Below are positions 12,791 through 25,830 of a stretch of DNA of 64,000 nucleotides, piece by piece. The notes beneath the pieces were generated by a model that worked only from the letters and a program-made list of their open reading frames with translations, was not told the DNA's origin and did no database searches. Numbering within the stretch: position 1 is the stretch's first letter; every line of letters starts with the position of its first letter. The position numbers and the translations under genes were made by a program. The DNA lies in NCBI GenBank assembly GCA_963575745.1, contig CAUYUJ010000003.1:1302001-1366000 (forward strand), read 5' to 3'. The stretch is from Prorocentrum cordatum (taxonomy: Eukaryota).

Positions 12791-13320
12791 TTAGTACCAT
12801 TCTTCCCACATTTGCCGGGGACGTCCTCTTTTCCGGGGACCTGTCGGCTGCTTGAGAGCGAGACAGCCTGATTCAAACACCGACTGTCTCGGTGGATCGT
12901 TGCCCACGCGTCTAATGCGCTGTCCAAAGAAAATATTTTGTCGTTTGACGATGAGTTCACTGAGCAGACGTTCACAAGCAATGCTTAGCACTGCACTGTT
13001 CGACACGCGACTGACATGAGCAAATGGAATCCGAAATACTGATTTCAAACAGTGCGCCTGAAAGCCGTCAACTCTTGAACGTTCTGCCTGACTAAGACAG
13101 GCTGCAAAGAGACAGTGTACAAGTTTAGAAACAATGTGGGCGTTGAAAATTGCTACTTTGCTCTGTCTGCTCAATGACAAATGCGACCATACCCATTTCA
13201 ATGATTCGAAATATTGTTGGACCATGCCAATTCGCATGTTTAGCTCCGATCCGCATCGTCCGTTTGACGAGAGCTGGGTGCCGAGGTAAGTCAGAGCCTC
13301 TTCTCTAGCACTTAATATCC
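12791..13320 (-). mobile_element. 5'-truncated RTE-clade LINE, C-terminal part of the RT ORF
   Basis: LTYLGTQLSSNGRCGSELNMRIG...SKVAIFNAHIVSKL...VDGFQAHCLKSVFRI...VSNSAVL...GPRKRGRPRQMW matches the RTE thumb/C-terminal pattern (YLG, RI, GRPRxxW). Confidence 0.88.
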
Positions 13321-14123
13321 GGCGCTGTTGTGCAGGTGAGCCTCAGAGCGGACCTTCATCAGCTCCACTTTCCTCCAGTTCAGACTCAGACCATAGTGCT
13401 TGCCGCATTTCTCGACGCACGCCATCATCTCGCCCACTACAGCGGATCAACATCGAGGAGTAAGGTGTCGTCCACCCTCTGATCGAGAGAGCGTATTCGG
13501 ATAGCACTTTTGCACCGGGTAAGCTCTGCGGCCCACCGGCTGGGCCCCGGCGCCGCCGGCGCCAATGCATGGAAGAGAGGCGCCCGATGGTGGGGCCGAC
13601 ACCAGCTGCAACAAATTTGACAATTACCCTGTGATGACGATGATAAATGACGATGACGATGACGATGACGTCATCGTCATCGTCATCGTCATCGTCGTCA
13701 TCCCCCCCTTCGTCCGACTCGAGAGGTGGGTGTGGAGGGAAGATGGAGGCAAGGTCACACTACCCCGCCGGGGAGCCGCGGGAGCAGCTCGGTGTCCTCG
13801 GCTTGCCGCGGGGAGCGAACGGGATCAAGAGGAGCGCGCGCGCGCCAAGCACCACGCGCCAGACTCGAGCGGGCCTCGTCTCTTGCAGCATCCGCGGATG
13901 GCGGCTTCGAGGCTGTCCCCGCAGGGCGGGTTCGGAGGACTTCCCGTCTTCGGCCACGCCGATTCATGGGCCCTGGTTGGGCCCCCCCGACCTACTCTAA
14001 CGGGAGGACACATCAACCGCGTCCGCACGTGGTCGCGCCGCCAGCTCAAAGAGTGAGACAAGTGTGCACACATGTCCAAATCAAGACTGATAGATGGGGA
14101 ATTCTGACACCCCATTGCTCTGA

Positions 14124-15620
14124 TTAGCTCCGAGGAGGCAAACAGCCTGCCCTCATAGGCAGGGGGGTCCAGGAGCAGCTGTCAAACTGCCAGGAGACAT
14201 CCAGAGCTGCCGAAGGGAGCGCGCAACCAAGAATGCCTGAAGATTCGAAAAAAAGAAATGCATGATCAATCAGCGACTGCATCTTGGGACTGAGGCCCAG
14301 CCCCTTCCTCCAGGTCTCCATCGGAAGGAAGACAAGAGGAACAAAGAGCCCCACAAGGCGAATCACAATCAGTGGGCGAATAACGGTATAACATAAACTG
14401 CTCCGCCATCGCCGACGCCTGCCCCAGGGCGGCTGGCAAATCTACGGCGGCACGTGTGGGCACAAACTGTCCAACCGCACTGTGACAGGCGTTCCCGACG
14501 ACGGACGAACAACTGTTATACATTTGTTTGAAACATGCGGCACGGCCCAAGAGCATAGGTACCCAGGAGATTACAAAGGGGCTTGCAGGACAGTTCAGGC
14601 CAGGAGTTCGTTTGGTACTCCTGGTAATGGCAGGCAAAACATGGACACGATGCCCAGCAGCTAATGTCATCCAATACCAACAGCAGCCGCTGTTGGGCGA
14701 GCGACTTTTTGTCTCAAGTGGACACACCCGTCGGCGGCGACACCGACAGCGATCCCTGTTCAAAATGAACTCGAACATTCCTGCCGAAGGCGCAAGTTCT
14801 TCAGTGGAATGCGATGGGACCTCCCCACCGCGGTCGCGATCCCTGGCTTGGCCCGGCGGGCCCCTGCTCCCAGGGCCACGACCCATCGTAAATTCAATGG
14901 GGTCTTCTTTGGTTTAGCCGCGATCCTTCTGAAACATGCATCGAATGCATTTAGGAACCGCACAAAAAGACCAGGGGCCTACAAAACGGCCGGATGTTGT
15001 TCCAAGACGGCCTCGCTGAGGGCTCGGGAACCGGGCCTCAACGGGTCACCAGGAAATCCCCGAGACGGGGCTCAGAGAAGCCTAGGCGGCATCACAGGAC
15101 CACGAAACGTCCAAGACGTCCTCATGGCGGCCACGACGAGCAAGTCGAATGGGCCTCCGATGGGCCCCGAGACAACTCGAATAAGGCCCGACCTCGAAAC
15201 ATCTCCAGAAAAGCAAGGATGAGGAGAGACGCGAGGAAGAGGGGGGGATGGGGGGGCGAAAACGACGCGGAAAGCAAAACGAAACGACAGGGCTCTCGGT
15301 GCTTAAGGCACTTGGTTCGCCAGCAGTGGTCTATGGTTTCCGCAAATGAGCTGTAGAACGTCCACTGGTTGGAAAATCATACCAAAATGGCTGCGGAGTC
15401 TGCTCGCCACTGCCCCGCGATCTCCTCCACCGCCTCTTCCTTCCAGTCTGTCACCTGCCTTTCTACGTCCAAGCCCCCTCTCCCAATCCTCGGCCCCATC
15501 CCTTTTTTCAATGGAAGCGTACAAAAACTGATGTACCGACAACACGACGGCGATGCTGCCCTCGGAGAAATTCTTCATGGGCCTACGGCCGAAAAGTCCA
15601 TGACAACCACTGCATGTCGC
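14124..15620 (-). pseudogene. Degraded protein-coding relic, possibly a MULE-like DDE transposase, split by a CCAAG-repeat insertion (~14960-15295)
   Basis: Across stops and frameshifts: HAVVVMDFS, VERQVTDW, and GAGARRAKPGIAT/PSHSTE, spaced like D-D-E motifs. Confidence 0.35.
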
Positions 15621-16234
15621 TCGGCAGGCCTCGTCGACAGCGGAAGTGGGGCACAAGCAGGAAGCATTCGAAGGGGAATAAGGGCAAAGGGCGCGGGCGT
15701 CGCTCCAAGCGCTGACGCCCGTGCCGCCATAGCCGACCCCGGCCGGCGCCGACAGAGCTGCCGCCGGCGCCGCACCCCCTGCCGAAGTTGACCTCGCCGC
15801 CGCCAAAAGCCCGAATGGACGCCGGGAGTGGTGCAGAGGGGGTAGAAGGCGAAAGAATCAGATGCAATTGTGAAAGTGGAAACGATCATAGACACTCGGG
15901 GCGGCCTGGCCCCCAACCGCTCAGCGCTGCTAGTTCGCGACGCAGGTAACGTGGCTTCCAATGGGACGCACGTCCAATGTTTCAAAGTGTCCCTCATTTG
16001 GCGGGGGGCAACGGGGCGTCTGTCGGGTTCACTGACCTCGCTGCGCCTTTGGCCACGGTCTGCGCGAATCAGGTGAGCTCGAGGGCGCACGTTATCGAAC
16101 GGTTGCGAAGAAGAGCTCAACAAAACTATAACTCGGCGGCGCGCCCCCCGACGCACCACGGAACCTTGAGTTGAATGAAGAACCGGTTCGCTAGGAGGGC
16201 GGAGCTGTCGACGCAACGAACCATGTATCGGGGC

Positions 16235-16640
16235 CGTGTTGAACTCGGCGAAACGAGCGCCGAAGCCGAACTGACGGCGAAATCTACTCACCAGGCGACG
16301 CGAACGCCGTCTTAACGAACTAGGTGTGGAGGCCGAGTTGACGACGCGCGCGTCTTGATGGCGATATCTGCTCACCAGGGCGACTCGAGCGTCGTTTTCA
16401 AAAAATATTGGGGCCGATATGACGACGCGGGCATCTTGACGGCGATATCTGTTCACCAGGGCGATTCGGACGTCTTAACGAACCGAACGTTGGGACCGAA
16501 TTGACGACGCGCGCGTCTTGGCGGCAAAATCTGTTCACCCGGTCGACTCGAATGCCGTCTTCACGAACCATGCTTCGCGGCCGCGTTGACGACGCGCGCG
16601 ACTTGGCGGCGCAGGTGTCGGTGTTGGGCCAGAACTGACG
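16235..16640. repeat. Degenerate ~80-bp tandem repeat
   Basis: ggccgagttgacgacgcgcgcgtcttg..ggcgatatctg.tcacc at 16331, 16411, 16492 and 16579. Related motifs at 26720-26850. Confidence 0.85.
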
Positions 16641-19600
16641 ACATGATATGCTAACTTGTTTTGTTTCCCATCTCTCTCTCTCTCACTTCCGCGCGCAGCC
16701 GAGGTTCCCTCGTGGGCACTGGGAGCAAACGGCGGCGCAGCGGGCGCGGGGCGAGACGGCAGGCTGGCCAAGCAGGCCTGCAGGAGGAGGTCGAGGAGGA
16801 GCGAGCAGGAGGAGGACGAGGAGGCGTGGGCCCTAGATGCAGTGGAGAAACCAACCTCTTCTCGCAACGCTGCCCGTGCCAAGGCAGATCGCAGCCCTAA
16901 CCCTAAACAACGCAGACTCAAATGCGCCCCTTTCCGGATCTCGGCGCTAAGTCCCCTGGAGCGTTCACGGGCCAATCCTGGGGCGAGGCGAGCGCTTTGC
17001 CCCCCACCCTCCCCCATCCCCCAAAAACTTCCGCACCTAAGCAGCATGAACATGAACCTGACTCAGGGACTTTGCGGGCTGTTGCGCTGTTTCCGTGTTC
17101 AGCCCAGGAAAGCAATGTGCCGCCTTGATTGCTCGTGCCCAGCCAGGGCTGCCCAATTCGCGCCGCGGGGCCGAGGGCGCTGGCGTCGAAAAACAACGGT
17201 GAACCACGGTCGATGTGTCGTCCAAGAACCGCCGGGACCAGCCTCCGCAAATCGCGCGGCAGCGCCGGCACGTGCAATTAAACGAATCATCCCTCTACGC
17301 TTGCATCGGACGCGCCCCCGTCCAGCCCCCTGAAGAAAACGGCACCGCCCGCCCGCCATTCTACGCAGCGCATGCAGTATTGCTCAAATTCCCTCTGCAA
17401 GTCCAGCATGCCCACGTGGATCGGGGCCGTCGAACGAGCGCGCAATGCCTTGCCGCCGGCACGCAGCACACTGCAGCGAACCACTTGCCATCGCAAGCCC
17501 AATTCATAGTAGGACCACCAAATAACCAAATTGCGGCACATGGCCCCGCGCATGAGTGGACGCGGGCTTCCCCCGTTGAGACTTCGCCGCGCCGAACTCC
17601 AGCTGGCGCCACGTCGCGCAATTGTCGCCCGAGCGCTGTAGCTCCCAGAGGCTTCGGGGCTTATGTTGCCATCCGCGCTTGGGCCCCCCCAATCGTGTTC
17701 CGCGTGCTTGAGGTCGCGGCGGTAGACCAGAGCGGCTCAGCTCGTCAAGGCAGATAAGCCATCGCACGTAACGTCCAGGTCAGGAGTAGTTCAGCACTGT
17801 GCCAAGGTGTGTCAGAGCCTTGTGTCTCCTGGCTCAAGTCTGGGACAGGACTCGATATGGTTGGATCAGCTGGACGCCGCCCGTAGTTCAGCGCTGACAA
17901 CCGCTTCTCTGCAGGGGTAGCGTAGGACTGGACCAAAATGGAGCGCATGTGCGTCCGTGTTCAGTTACATGCCAGGGCTCGGGCAGGTGGTTCGGCCCTT
18001 CGCCACTGCGAGGAAAGCGACGTCGGCTTCCAGCCCAGAAGCTGCTCAAAGCGATGCCAGCCCAGGAGCAGCTCAAAGCGATGCCAAGGCGGCACAGCGC
18101 ATGCAACGGTCCAGACCAAGTCTACAGCATAACGGGGACAACGTTGCTCGGTCATTCGGGGCGCGCAGTTCAACGTTTACGGCATCTAGCTCTGGCGCGG
18201 CCCAGGGCTAGCTCAAGGTGGTTTAGCGCATGCGCGCCTGGGCCCAATTCTACGTCGAGAACAACCCGCTGCGGCGCAGGCTTGTCTCGGTGATAAGTCA
18301 GCGAGGACATCGCCGAGCTAGGGGACAATTCGGGGCCAGGTCAAGCTTAACCAGCGCACGCAGCGACAGGGTGGCTCATCCTTCCCGACGGATATTCTAG
18401 TGCTGGTCATGCATTATTCATGCGTACCCATGGGTAACGCGGGGCGTTGCATCGCTTGCGGCGTCGTGGCTCTATCCTGGCCCTGGAGGACCCAGGGGCG
18501 CGCCCGCCGCGCGCCGCTTGTGACTTGGCGCGGGCCGCGCTTAGTGCAGGGGCAGCCCTGAATCAGGTCGATTAAGTGGTATCGTGGGAACTGAATGGGT
18601 GACGGTCGTTACGCTGTCCTGGCGCGGCCGCGCCGTGCCGTTCCTCCCTCACTTCTTGAATCCACCAACGGCGCACGCACGTGATTGTCGGTTGTTCTCA
18701 GGACACGGCGGCTCGACGTCTTGTTGATGTGGTAATGGCGAAATAGCGCCGTTATGCCCTGCGCCGCTGGTCGCGCGCAATGTATCAATGCAGCGGCTGC
18801 TTGTCACATGTGCGCCTTGAGCCGATACGACATAAGGCACGTGCGCCATGGCGGCTTCGGGGCTGACTGTCGAGCCCCACTAGCCGCCTTAACGATTTCT
18901 AACTGAGGCACTGACGCGTGAACCGTTCAGCGGGGCACCGCGCCATAATGCCATCACATAAACGCGCTCATGCCATGCCATTGCAGCGCAGGGGCCCAAT
19001 CATGCCACGATGGCGCAGCGGGCGCGTGGGTTAGCACATCTGCGCACCAAGCCGCGACGGCCCCGACGCAGCTCCGCAGTAACCAGCGCGCGCGCAATAC
19101 CTCTAGGGGGCAGCGCTTGCATTCGTTGGCACATCATTGCGGCACTGCCCTGGGTTGATTATGCGGCAACTCGCGCATGCAAGGTTGCTCTAGTGCGCTA
19201 GTGCGTTCTAGCCGTCGGGTTGTTGTGGAGCTGCGCTCGCGCGCGCGCCATTGCAGCTCTGCCCCAGCGCGGCATCGCACCCGCGTTGTGATTTGACTGG
19301 CACCGCAACGCAATGGCGCATTACAGTGTGGAATTGCGGAGGTTATAACGTGGTAGCCCGTCAAGTGCTTCATGTGAACACAAGTTGCTGGCTTCACATG
19401 TGATGGCTTCATGATGCGTGCATGCATTGATACATTTCTGCCTCGGCGGGCCCTCGCCTCGGGCTCCACTGGACGCGCCGCAGGGCGCGGGGTCAAAGGG
19501 CGCCGCCCCTCTGGGGCTCGGAGAGCACGCGGCCACTGAGGGCGATCGCGGCGGACTCTCACTCCATGCGATTTCCTCGCCCTCCACCTCACTTCCCCCC

Positions 19601-19949
19601 CCCCCCCCTCTCATCCTCTTCCTCCTCTCGCCGCTGGGCGCCGCCCAAGGGGCCCCGCTCCATGGGGCCCCAAACTGAAGGGCGCCCCCGCTGCCCGAGG
19701 CCCCGCTCCATGAGGCCCCGACCCACGAGGTTGCACTCTACGTGGCGCCGTGGGGCCCCGCGGGGCCCCGACCCGCGCCCCGCCCCGAGGTTCGGGCGGG
19801 CGCCGCGTCGCACTGGGGCGGGGTCTGCGGCGACCGCGGGCTGCAGCGAGACCGGCAGAAAGTGAAAACCAATCTCAATTCTATCCACTGGCTTCGCCCA
19901 GCCCGACAACTATTTCCATCTCGAGGCCGACGCGTTTGCGGTTGGGGGC

Positions 19950-22640
19950 TGCCGGCCATTATGGTTCCAAGGCGTTTGCTTTGGAAGGGGGGGCCCATGT
20001 GGCGCTGATGGAGGTGGTTGCGGCGTTGACGATGAGATGTCGCCTCGCATCTGTCGAACTCAAGTCGACTTGTCGGCGACGTCTCTCGGAGCACAGCGCT
20101 CCGACATCATTGCATTGTCTGTAAAAAATGCACTGTGAGCCGCCTCGGAGAGGCAGAATTATTCGACGTCGTTCCTGCCAGGCCTCCAACGTTCATGCCT
20201 CGCCTGGCCCATCGTGAATGCCTTGGCCATCCGCGTTTTCAAAACGCACAACTGGCGCCTGCACTCCGAACTCCTCTGTCCACTGCTTGGCGCCGCGGTG
20301 GCAGTCGCGCGCGGGGCGCGCTGGGTCGGGGCGCGTAGCCCGCAGCCCGCTGCCCCCGCGACCAAGGTGGGACCCCCCCTCTAGCAGCGCGCCGTCGATC
20401 TGCACAGGGCACTGGCCCCCGGCATCTGCACCTTCAGCTGCGTCATCCTCATGGCCCGAGGACGCTGCTGCCGAGGACGAACTGTGCGAGTCCGCGCTGA
20501 ACCCCCAATACCGGTCGTTCTTGACGGCTGGCGGCGGCGGCGGCAGCGCGTCCAAGTCGCCCCCGTCGATGTCTGGATCAGTTGGCGCCTCCAGCCGTCT
20601 CGAAGCTGGCGCTGGCGCGATATTGTCGAACTCTGCAGGGCCATCTGCATCAGTCAACTGCTTCAACTTATCATCGTATTTCTTGGCTGCCAATCCAGGC
20701 TCCAAGGCTGCGCAATTGGACTGGGGCCCGTCGGATCGAACTGCTTGCAGCCGCCGTCGAAGAGCATGGGCGAGGGCGCATTTCAAGTAGTTGCGTTTCG
20801 ACGGGAGCTTTCTGCTGTCGCACTCTGATGGCCGTCCACTGGGCACGCGGGCCACCATGCGATCAACTCCGCAGGGGCCCCTGGGCTGCAGCTCCTGGGG
20901 AACAGAACATTTGCTTAGATTGCAAACTGGACCCCCGCCCTAGCCCCCCATCCTCCTCGTCGCCCCCCCCACCCCCCCCTTCCCGCCCTCCCCCGCTGCG
21001 CGCCAGGCGTCCTCCGCCAAGCACAGCGCGGGGCACGAAGCATCCACGTGCGCCATCTGCGGGACCACGGGCCGACGATCCAACAGAAGCGCGCCCCCGC
21101 CCGCGTCCGAAAGGCCAGATCTCCAAGAACGCATCGCTTGCCGAAGTAACTCCTGGAGTCGCCCCTAGCATGGCGAGCAAATCGACGCGGCCAGGAGGCG
21201 GGCCCACGAACGCGCCCAAGCTCTCGGCGTCGTGGTGGACGGCCTGCGACCCCCAGACCTCGAACTCCTGCGCGGACGCCTGCAAGCCGAAGTCCTGCAA
21301 CTTGTCGGACTCGACCGTCGAGGCCGCCATGCGAATCACGTTCACGCAGAGCACCTCCACGACGACCATCTCCTTGCCAGCTTGGGCGCTCACCGTCCAC
21401 AAGCAAACACAGTCACGCTGCTTCGCCGCAGCCAGGAGCAACTCTCGCACAAGCAACGCAGTCTCAACCTGCTCCTTGAACAATTTCGCCCCCATCTTGC
21501 CGGCGTGGCCGCTACTTGCCAGTGTTGAGCGTCGGCGCATGCGCGCCCTGTCTGGCGGGCCGCCTCCGTCGCCGTCGATGTCGTCGACCTCGGGGCTGGC
21601 GTCGCCACCCTCGTCGTCGGCGTTGCGCTCGCCATGGAAATCGCCGAACCCGCTTCGCAAGAAGAAGAGCCGACCGACGAAGACATCCTTATTGAATCGC
21701 ATTAACCGCCCAAACTTCTTGACCAACACCTGAACCGCCTGCACGTCTCGGACCACGTTGGCGCCGCGGCCTCTCCGGTAGAATGGCGAGAGGTCGGCCG
21801 CCCCTTGACGATGTGAATATACTAGACAAAGCCCGTAGCACGCCAGGCAAAGTACCCCGCCTCCACTCGGCAAAGTAAGGTAGGGGAGCTGCCTTCGCAA
21901 GTTCTGCAGCTCCGACGGCGCCGCCATGTCTCAGGATATTCTCCAAGTCGCTCCTGTATTTCCTGATGGACTTCACTTTCCCCAGGAAGTCTGGGAAGAG
22001 CTGCAATGATGCACGCGCGCGCCCCGTGACGCGATCCATCACATGCCGCCAACCTGGCACCGGAAGACACCGAGGCATAATGTAGGAGAGCTGCATCGCT
22101 ATCGCTGGGATGCGCCCGATCGTCCTGAAGAGCCGCGCCAGCATGTCCTCGTGGTCCGCCAGCAGCCGCCCAACGCCGAAAGCGACCGCGAGGGACCCCG
22201 CGCGACTTAGAAACGCCCGGGCGCCCTCGAAGCGCGGCCCAGCCAGCAAGAACACCTGCCAGAGAAGAGCAAACGCTTTCCCAAGCGTTGTGGACATTGC
22301 CATGCCATGTTCCACGGCGAACATGCCACTGCCACCGGGGTCACGCAATATAAAATCGAAGGACGATGCGAACAGCTCCACCCCAGCCCACTGCGGCGAC
22401 CCATCGCGGTGCAGATGGATGTTGCAATCATGATGAGCGAATGCTCTGAACCGTCGCCTGCAAAAAGACATGGCCATGCAGTCACGTCGCATACGCCCGA
22501 ACATCAGCACGCTGTATCCAACTGTCTCCTCCACTGATACGGCATCCAGTTGTCTGGCACGGCTGATTAGCGCATTCCATTTCTTGCATGCTGCATCTGT
22601 CATTCGAATATGTCTGTCTGCGTGAGGTCCCGCGTCGCAT
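19950..22640 (-). mobile_element. Degenerate, internally deleted hAT-like DNA transposase
   Basis: ORF 21689-22972 has HLHRDGSPQWAGVELFASSFD, GKAFALLW, PGWRH (CxxH position) and FAEWRRGTL (tRW motif). It continues in frames 20863-21927 and 20193-20858. Confidence 0.6.
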
Positions 22641-24389
22641 CGACCCGACCAAGATGCGCATGGAACGGCTTGCTCTGAGAGTGGGGCTCGCCAGGCGACG
22701 ATGAATTCACGAATGGCGCCTCCTGCCGCGCACAATCGAACGGCCCGAAGTTGCTCATGAGACGCCTGACCTGCCAAGCCGAAGGCGAATCGCCCAACGC
22801 GCGTTTCCGACAAAGTCGCCAACCGAGCACCGCGGCATGAAAGAACGCAAGCTTCGCAACTGTCGCCAACGCCGCGCGCAGACCGAGCTCGACAACCACC
22901 ACTGGCCATGTTCTGCCTTCGTGGATATACCCACGCCAACGGCGAAATACTGCAATGAATTGTTCTGGCCAATCGTCGGCGTCGTCACATTCGACTCGGA
23001 AGCCCACCGAGACCTCAGCAAACCGCTGACTTGCATCTCGACCATCGCAATCTGCAGTGCCATCGAAGGGGGAGCGCACTGTCACACGGCAACATAGCAA
23101 GAGGCATTGGCGCCCCCATTCCACGACGAATGGCCGAGCATAGCATGCTGGACACCCCCGTCGCAAGATCGCGCGGAAACCCTGGGGCGCGCGTCCAATG
23201 GCCAAACGCAGCCCCTACAACGTGAGACGTTGTTATTGGGGCCCCCATCGCGTCGATCTCATCTTACAACCCCCCCCCCCCCCCCCCCCCCCCCCGCATC
23301 CCACCAGGGGTGGCAACGATCAAATAACGCGCGAACGGCCCACGCGTGATGCGTTTTTGTCACTGGGGGTGGGGGTGCTGCGACGATATCTTGCCCATCC
23401 ACGTCGCTGTCTGCGCGATGCTGCGCGGGCCGAACAGAGCCCCCATCAGTGGGCGCCAAAAAAAATCATTGAATGTGTGAGACGCAAGCCGACCTGCAGG
23501 GCCGAACATATGTATTGTTTGGTGTTGCTGGATATGTATCTCAAGATTGTTGGGCCCCTTGAAGGCTCTCCGAATCTCCCGCGGCCACGGCTCGCAGCAT
23601 CTCGAACATCTAATCAGAACGCACCTCTGGTAGGGTTTTTCGACGCGCGACAAAGACCCCTCCCCAGAGGGCCTCGCGACGGCCCTGCCTAGCCCCATTG
23701 GGAGGTCATTCGGAACCTTTTGCCCCCCAAACACGTTTGCCCCAAGACCCCCCAAAAGCCCCTGAGGAGCCCTTTGAGCCCTCAGACAAACCCCATGGGA
23801 AATCCTCGGGGGCCTGTTGGGCCACCAGCCGCGATCTCACAATCCATTGCGCAGCGTTGCTCTTCAGGCGTGTTGACGTTGTATTCGACCCTATTCTAGC
23901 CTATACCCTGACAGGCAATCTTCCTTTCCCCGCACAGCTGATACCTATTTTTTTGCCAAACTATTATGGCCTACTCCTACTGCGTCCTACGTTACGCCTG
24001 ATCTACGCAACTCATATAATGCGTGCTACTTTACCCTGTTCCGCATCATCCTCCCCCGTATGCATTCTACAATGCTCTACCCCCGCTCCGCGCTGAAATT
24101 ATGAGTCAGCTCTCCGCCAACCCTGCCAGGCGACTCTGCGCCCGTCGCGCGATCATGTTCGGGGGCCGTCTCTCGCAACGCTGTCGCGGCGAAGCGCATC
24201 GGCGCGTTCTGGCAATCGCAAGGGCCGCCAGCACGGCGCGAGCTTTTGCGCGGCACGATCGCACGCGGCGCCCCATGGCGCAAGCGCAGCGCACCCAGCG
24301 CGCCACGCATGCTACGTTTCTGGGCGACGCGCGAAGCATCATACAGGTTTCGATTTCGTTGTAGTCGCGCATTGTCGTCTGCGACGGCG

Positions 24390-25200
24390 CTTGCATGAAG
24401 AACACAAGTTTGTGGTCAGCATTTCTAAGTGGCCCCGCGCTTGCGCCGTGAACTCGCGCCCCCCAAGCGAGGCGGCGCCGGCGTCGCGCGCGGGGAACGA
24501 CCCTTGGCGAGGTCACAAATGCATTCGCCGGCACTGCTCGACGCGTCGGCCCCCCCCCCTGGCGCCGCGAGGGCCCGAGCGGGCCCGCTTGGGCACCCAC
24601 CTGCGGATGTCCGAATCAAGAAGACGCGCGCATCCTTGCAAGGCCCTTTTTTCTGCCGCTTCGCGACTTCCGCGTTCAACGCGCCAAGCAAGTCGGAGCT
24701 ACAGGCGCGCGGCCCGAGACGCCGACGCCAGCGCGCGCGCGCCTGAGCCAGAACTCTCGCGAGAGGTTGGCCAACGACGCCTTGCCGAGGGGGGCGCCCA
24801 AGAGTGCGCGGGGCGGCTTTTCCTGCGAAATTGCCACGCGGCGCCGCGCTAATCCGAAATCGCGGCGCAACCGCTTGCGCCTCGTTGGCGCCCGTCTCGA
24901 GCGCGGCCAAGAGGGCGACCGCGTTCTCCGCCGCCACAGGCGCTGGAAGAGCGGCCGCCGCCGAGCCCCCGGCCACCGGCGCCGGCGCGCTCGCCGCGGA
25001 GATCCCCGCGCGCGCGAGGCGCTTTTGCGCGGCGCCCAGTTCCCCATTGCAAAAATGAAATCCTCGAAAGCCGCGCCCTCGATGTCGGCGATCGACATCG
25101 CCCCCTGATGGCGGAGCGCGGCCACCGTGGCCCCGAGCCAACTGGCGTCGCGCGCCGACGCACCATCCAAGGCGCCAAGAAAACTGCCGAGGTCGCCCAT
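24390..25200 (-). pseudogene. Frameshifted ORF, possibly gag-like (DIRS-type)
   Basis: MGDLGSFLGALDG...IADIEGAAFEDF, then KASLANLSREFW / LNAEVAKRQKKG / DSDIRRWVP in alternating frames. No enzymatic motif, so the family call is weak. Confidence 0.3.
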
Positions 25201-25299
25201 CGCGAAGATCGGCGGCGCGCGGCGCGAGACTGCTTGGGCGCGCGACTTGGCAAGCTCCCAGCGCGAGCACGCAAAGGGCGGCGACCGCGCGGGGCCCCA

Positions 25300-25830
25300 A
25301 GAAATGGCCACCAGGGCCTGCGCCCCTCCCGAGATGGTGAACGCGCCCACGCCGCGACGGGGCCCGCTGGCAAGTGCCCAACCCAAGACAGGGCCCTGGG
25401 GCATTCCCAAGAAGAAGCCATGAGCCCAGCAAAACGGGGACCTGGGGCCATCGCCCTACCCAAGACAGGGAACCAAAGGCCTGCGCCCTCCCCCTAGCAC
25501 GATTGGGTCCCGAGGCCTGCACCCTACCCAAGACGGGGGTCCAGTGGCCTGCGCCCTCCCCCGCGCGCGACTGGGTCCTGGGGCCTGCGCCCTACCCGAG
25601 ACCGGGGTCCAAGGTCCTGCGCCCTCCGCCTCACGAAACTGGGCCCTGGGGCCTGCGCCCTTCCCAAGACAGGGATCCAGGGGCCTGCGCCCCCCCCTCA
25701 CGAAACTGGGTCCTGGGGCCTGCGCCCTGCCCGAGACCTGGAACTAAGGGCCTGCGCCAAGCCCCGCGCGCGTGATACGCACCCTGGGAGCACTGGGGCC
25801 AACGCCAGCCCAAGACAAAAAATGCCCCAG
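25300..25830. repeat. ~30/61-bp tandem repeat (GGCCTGCGCCCT core)
   Basis: Repeated ggggcctgcgccct(a/t/c)ccc(a/g)agac. Confidence 0.9.
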
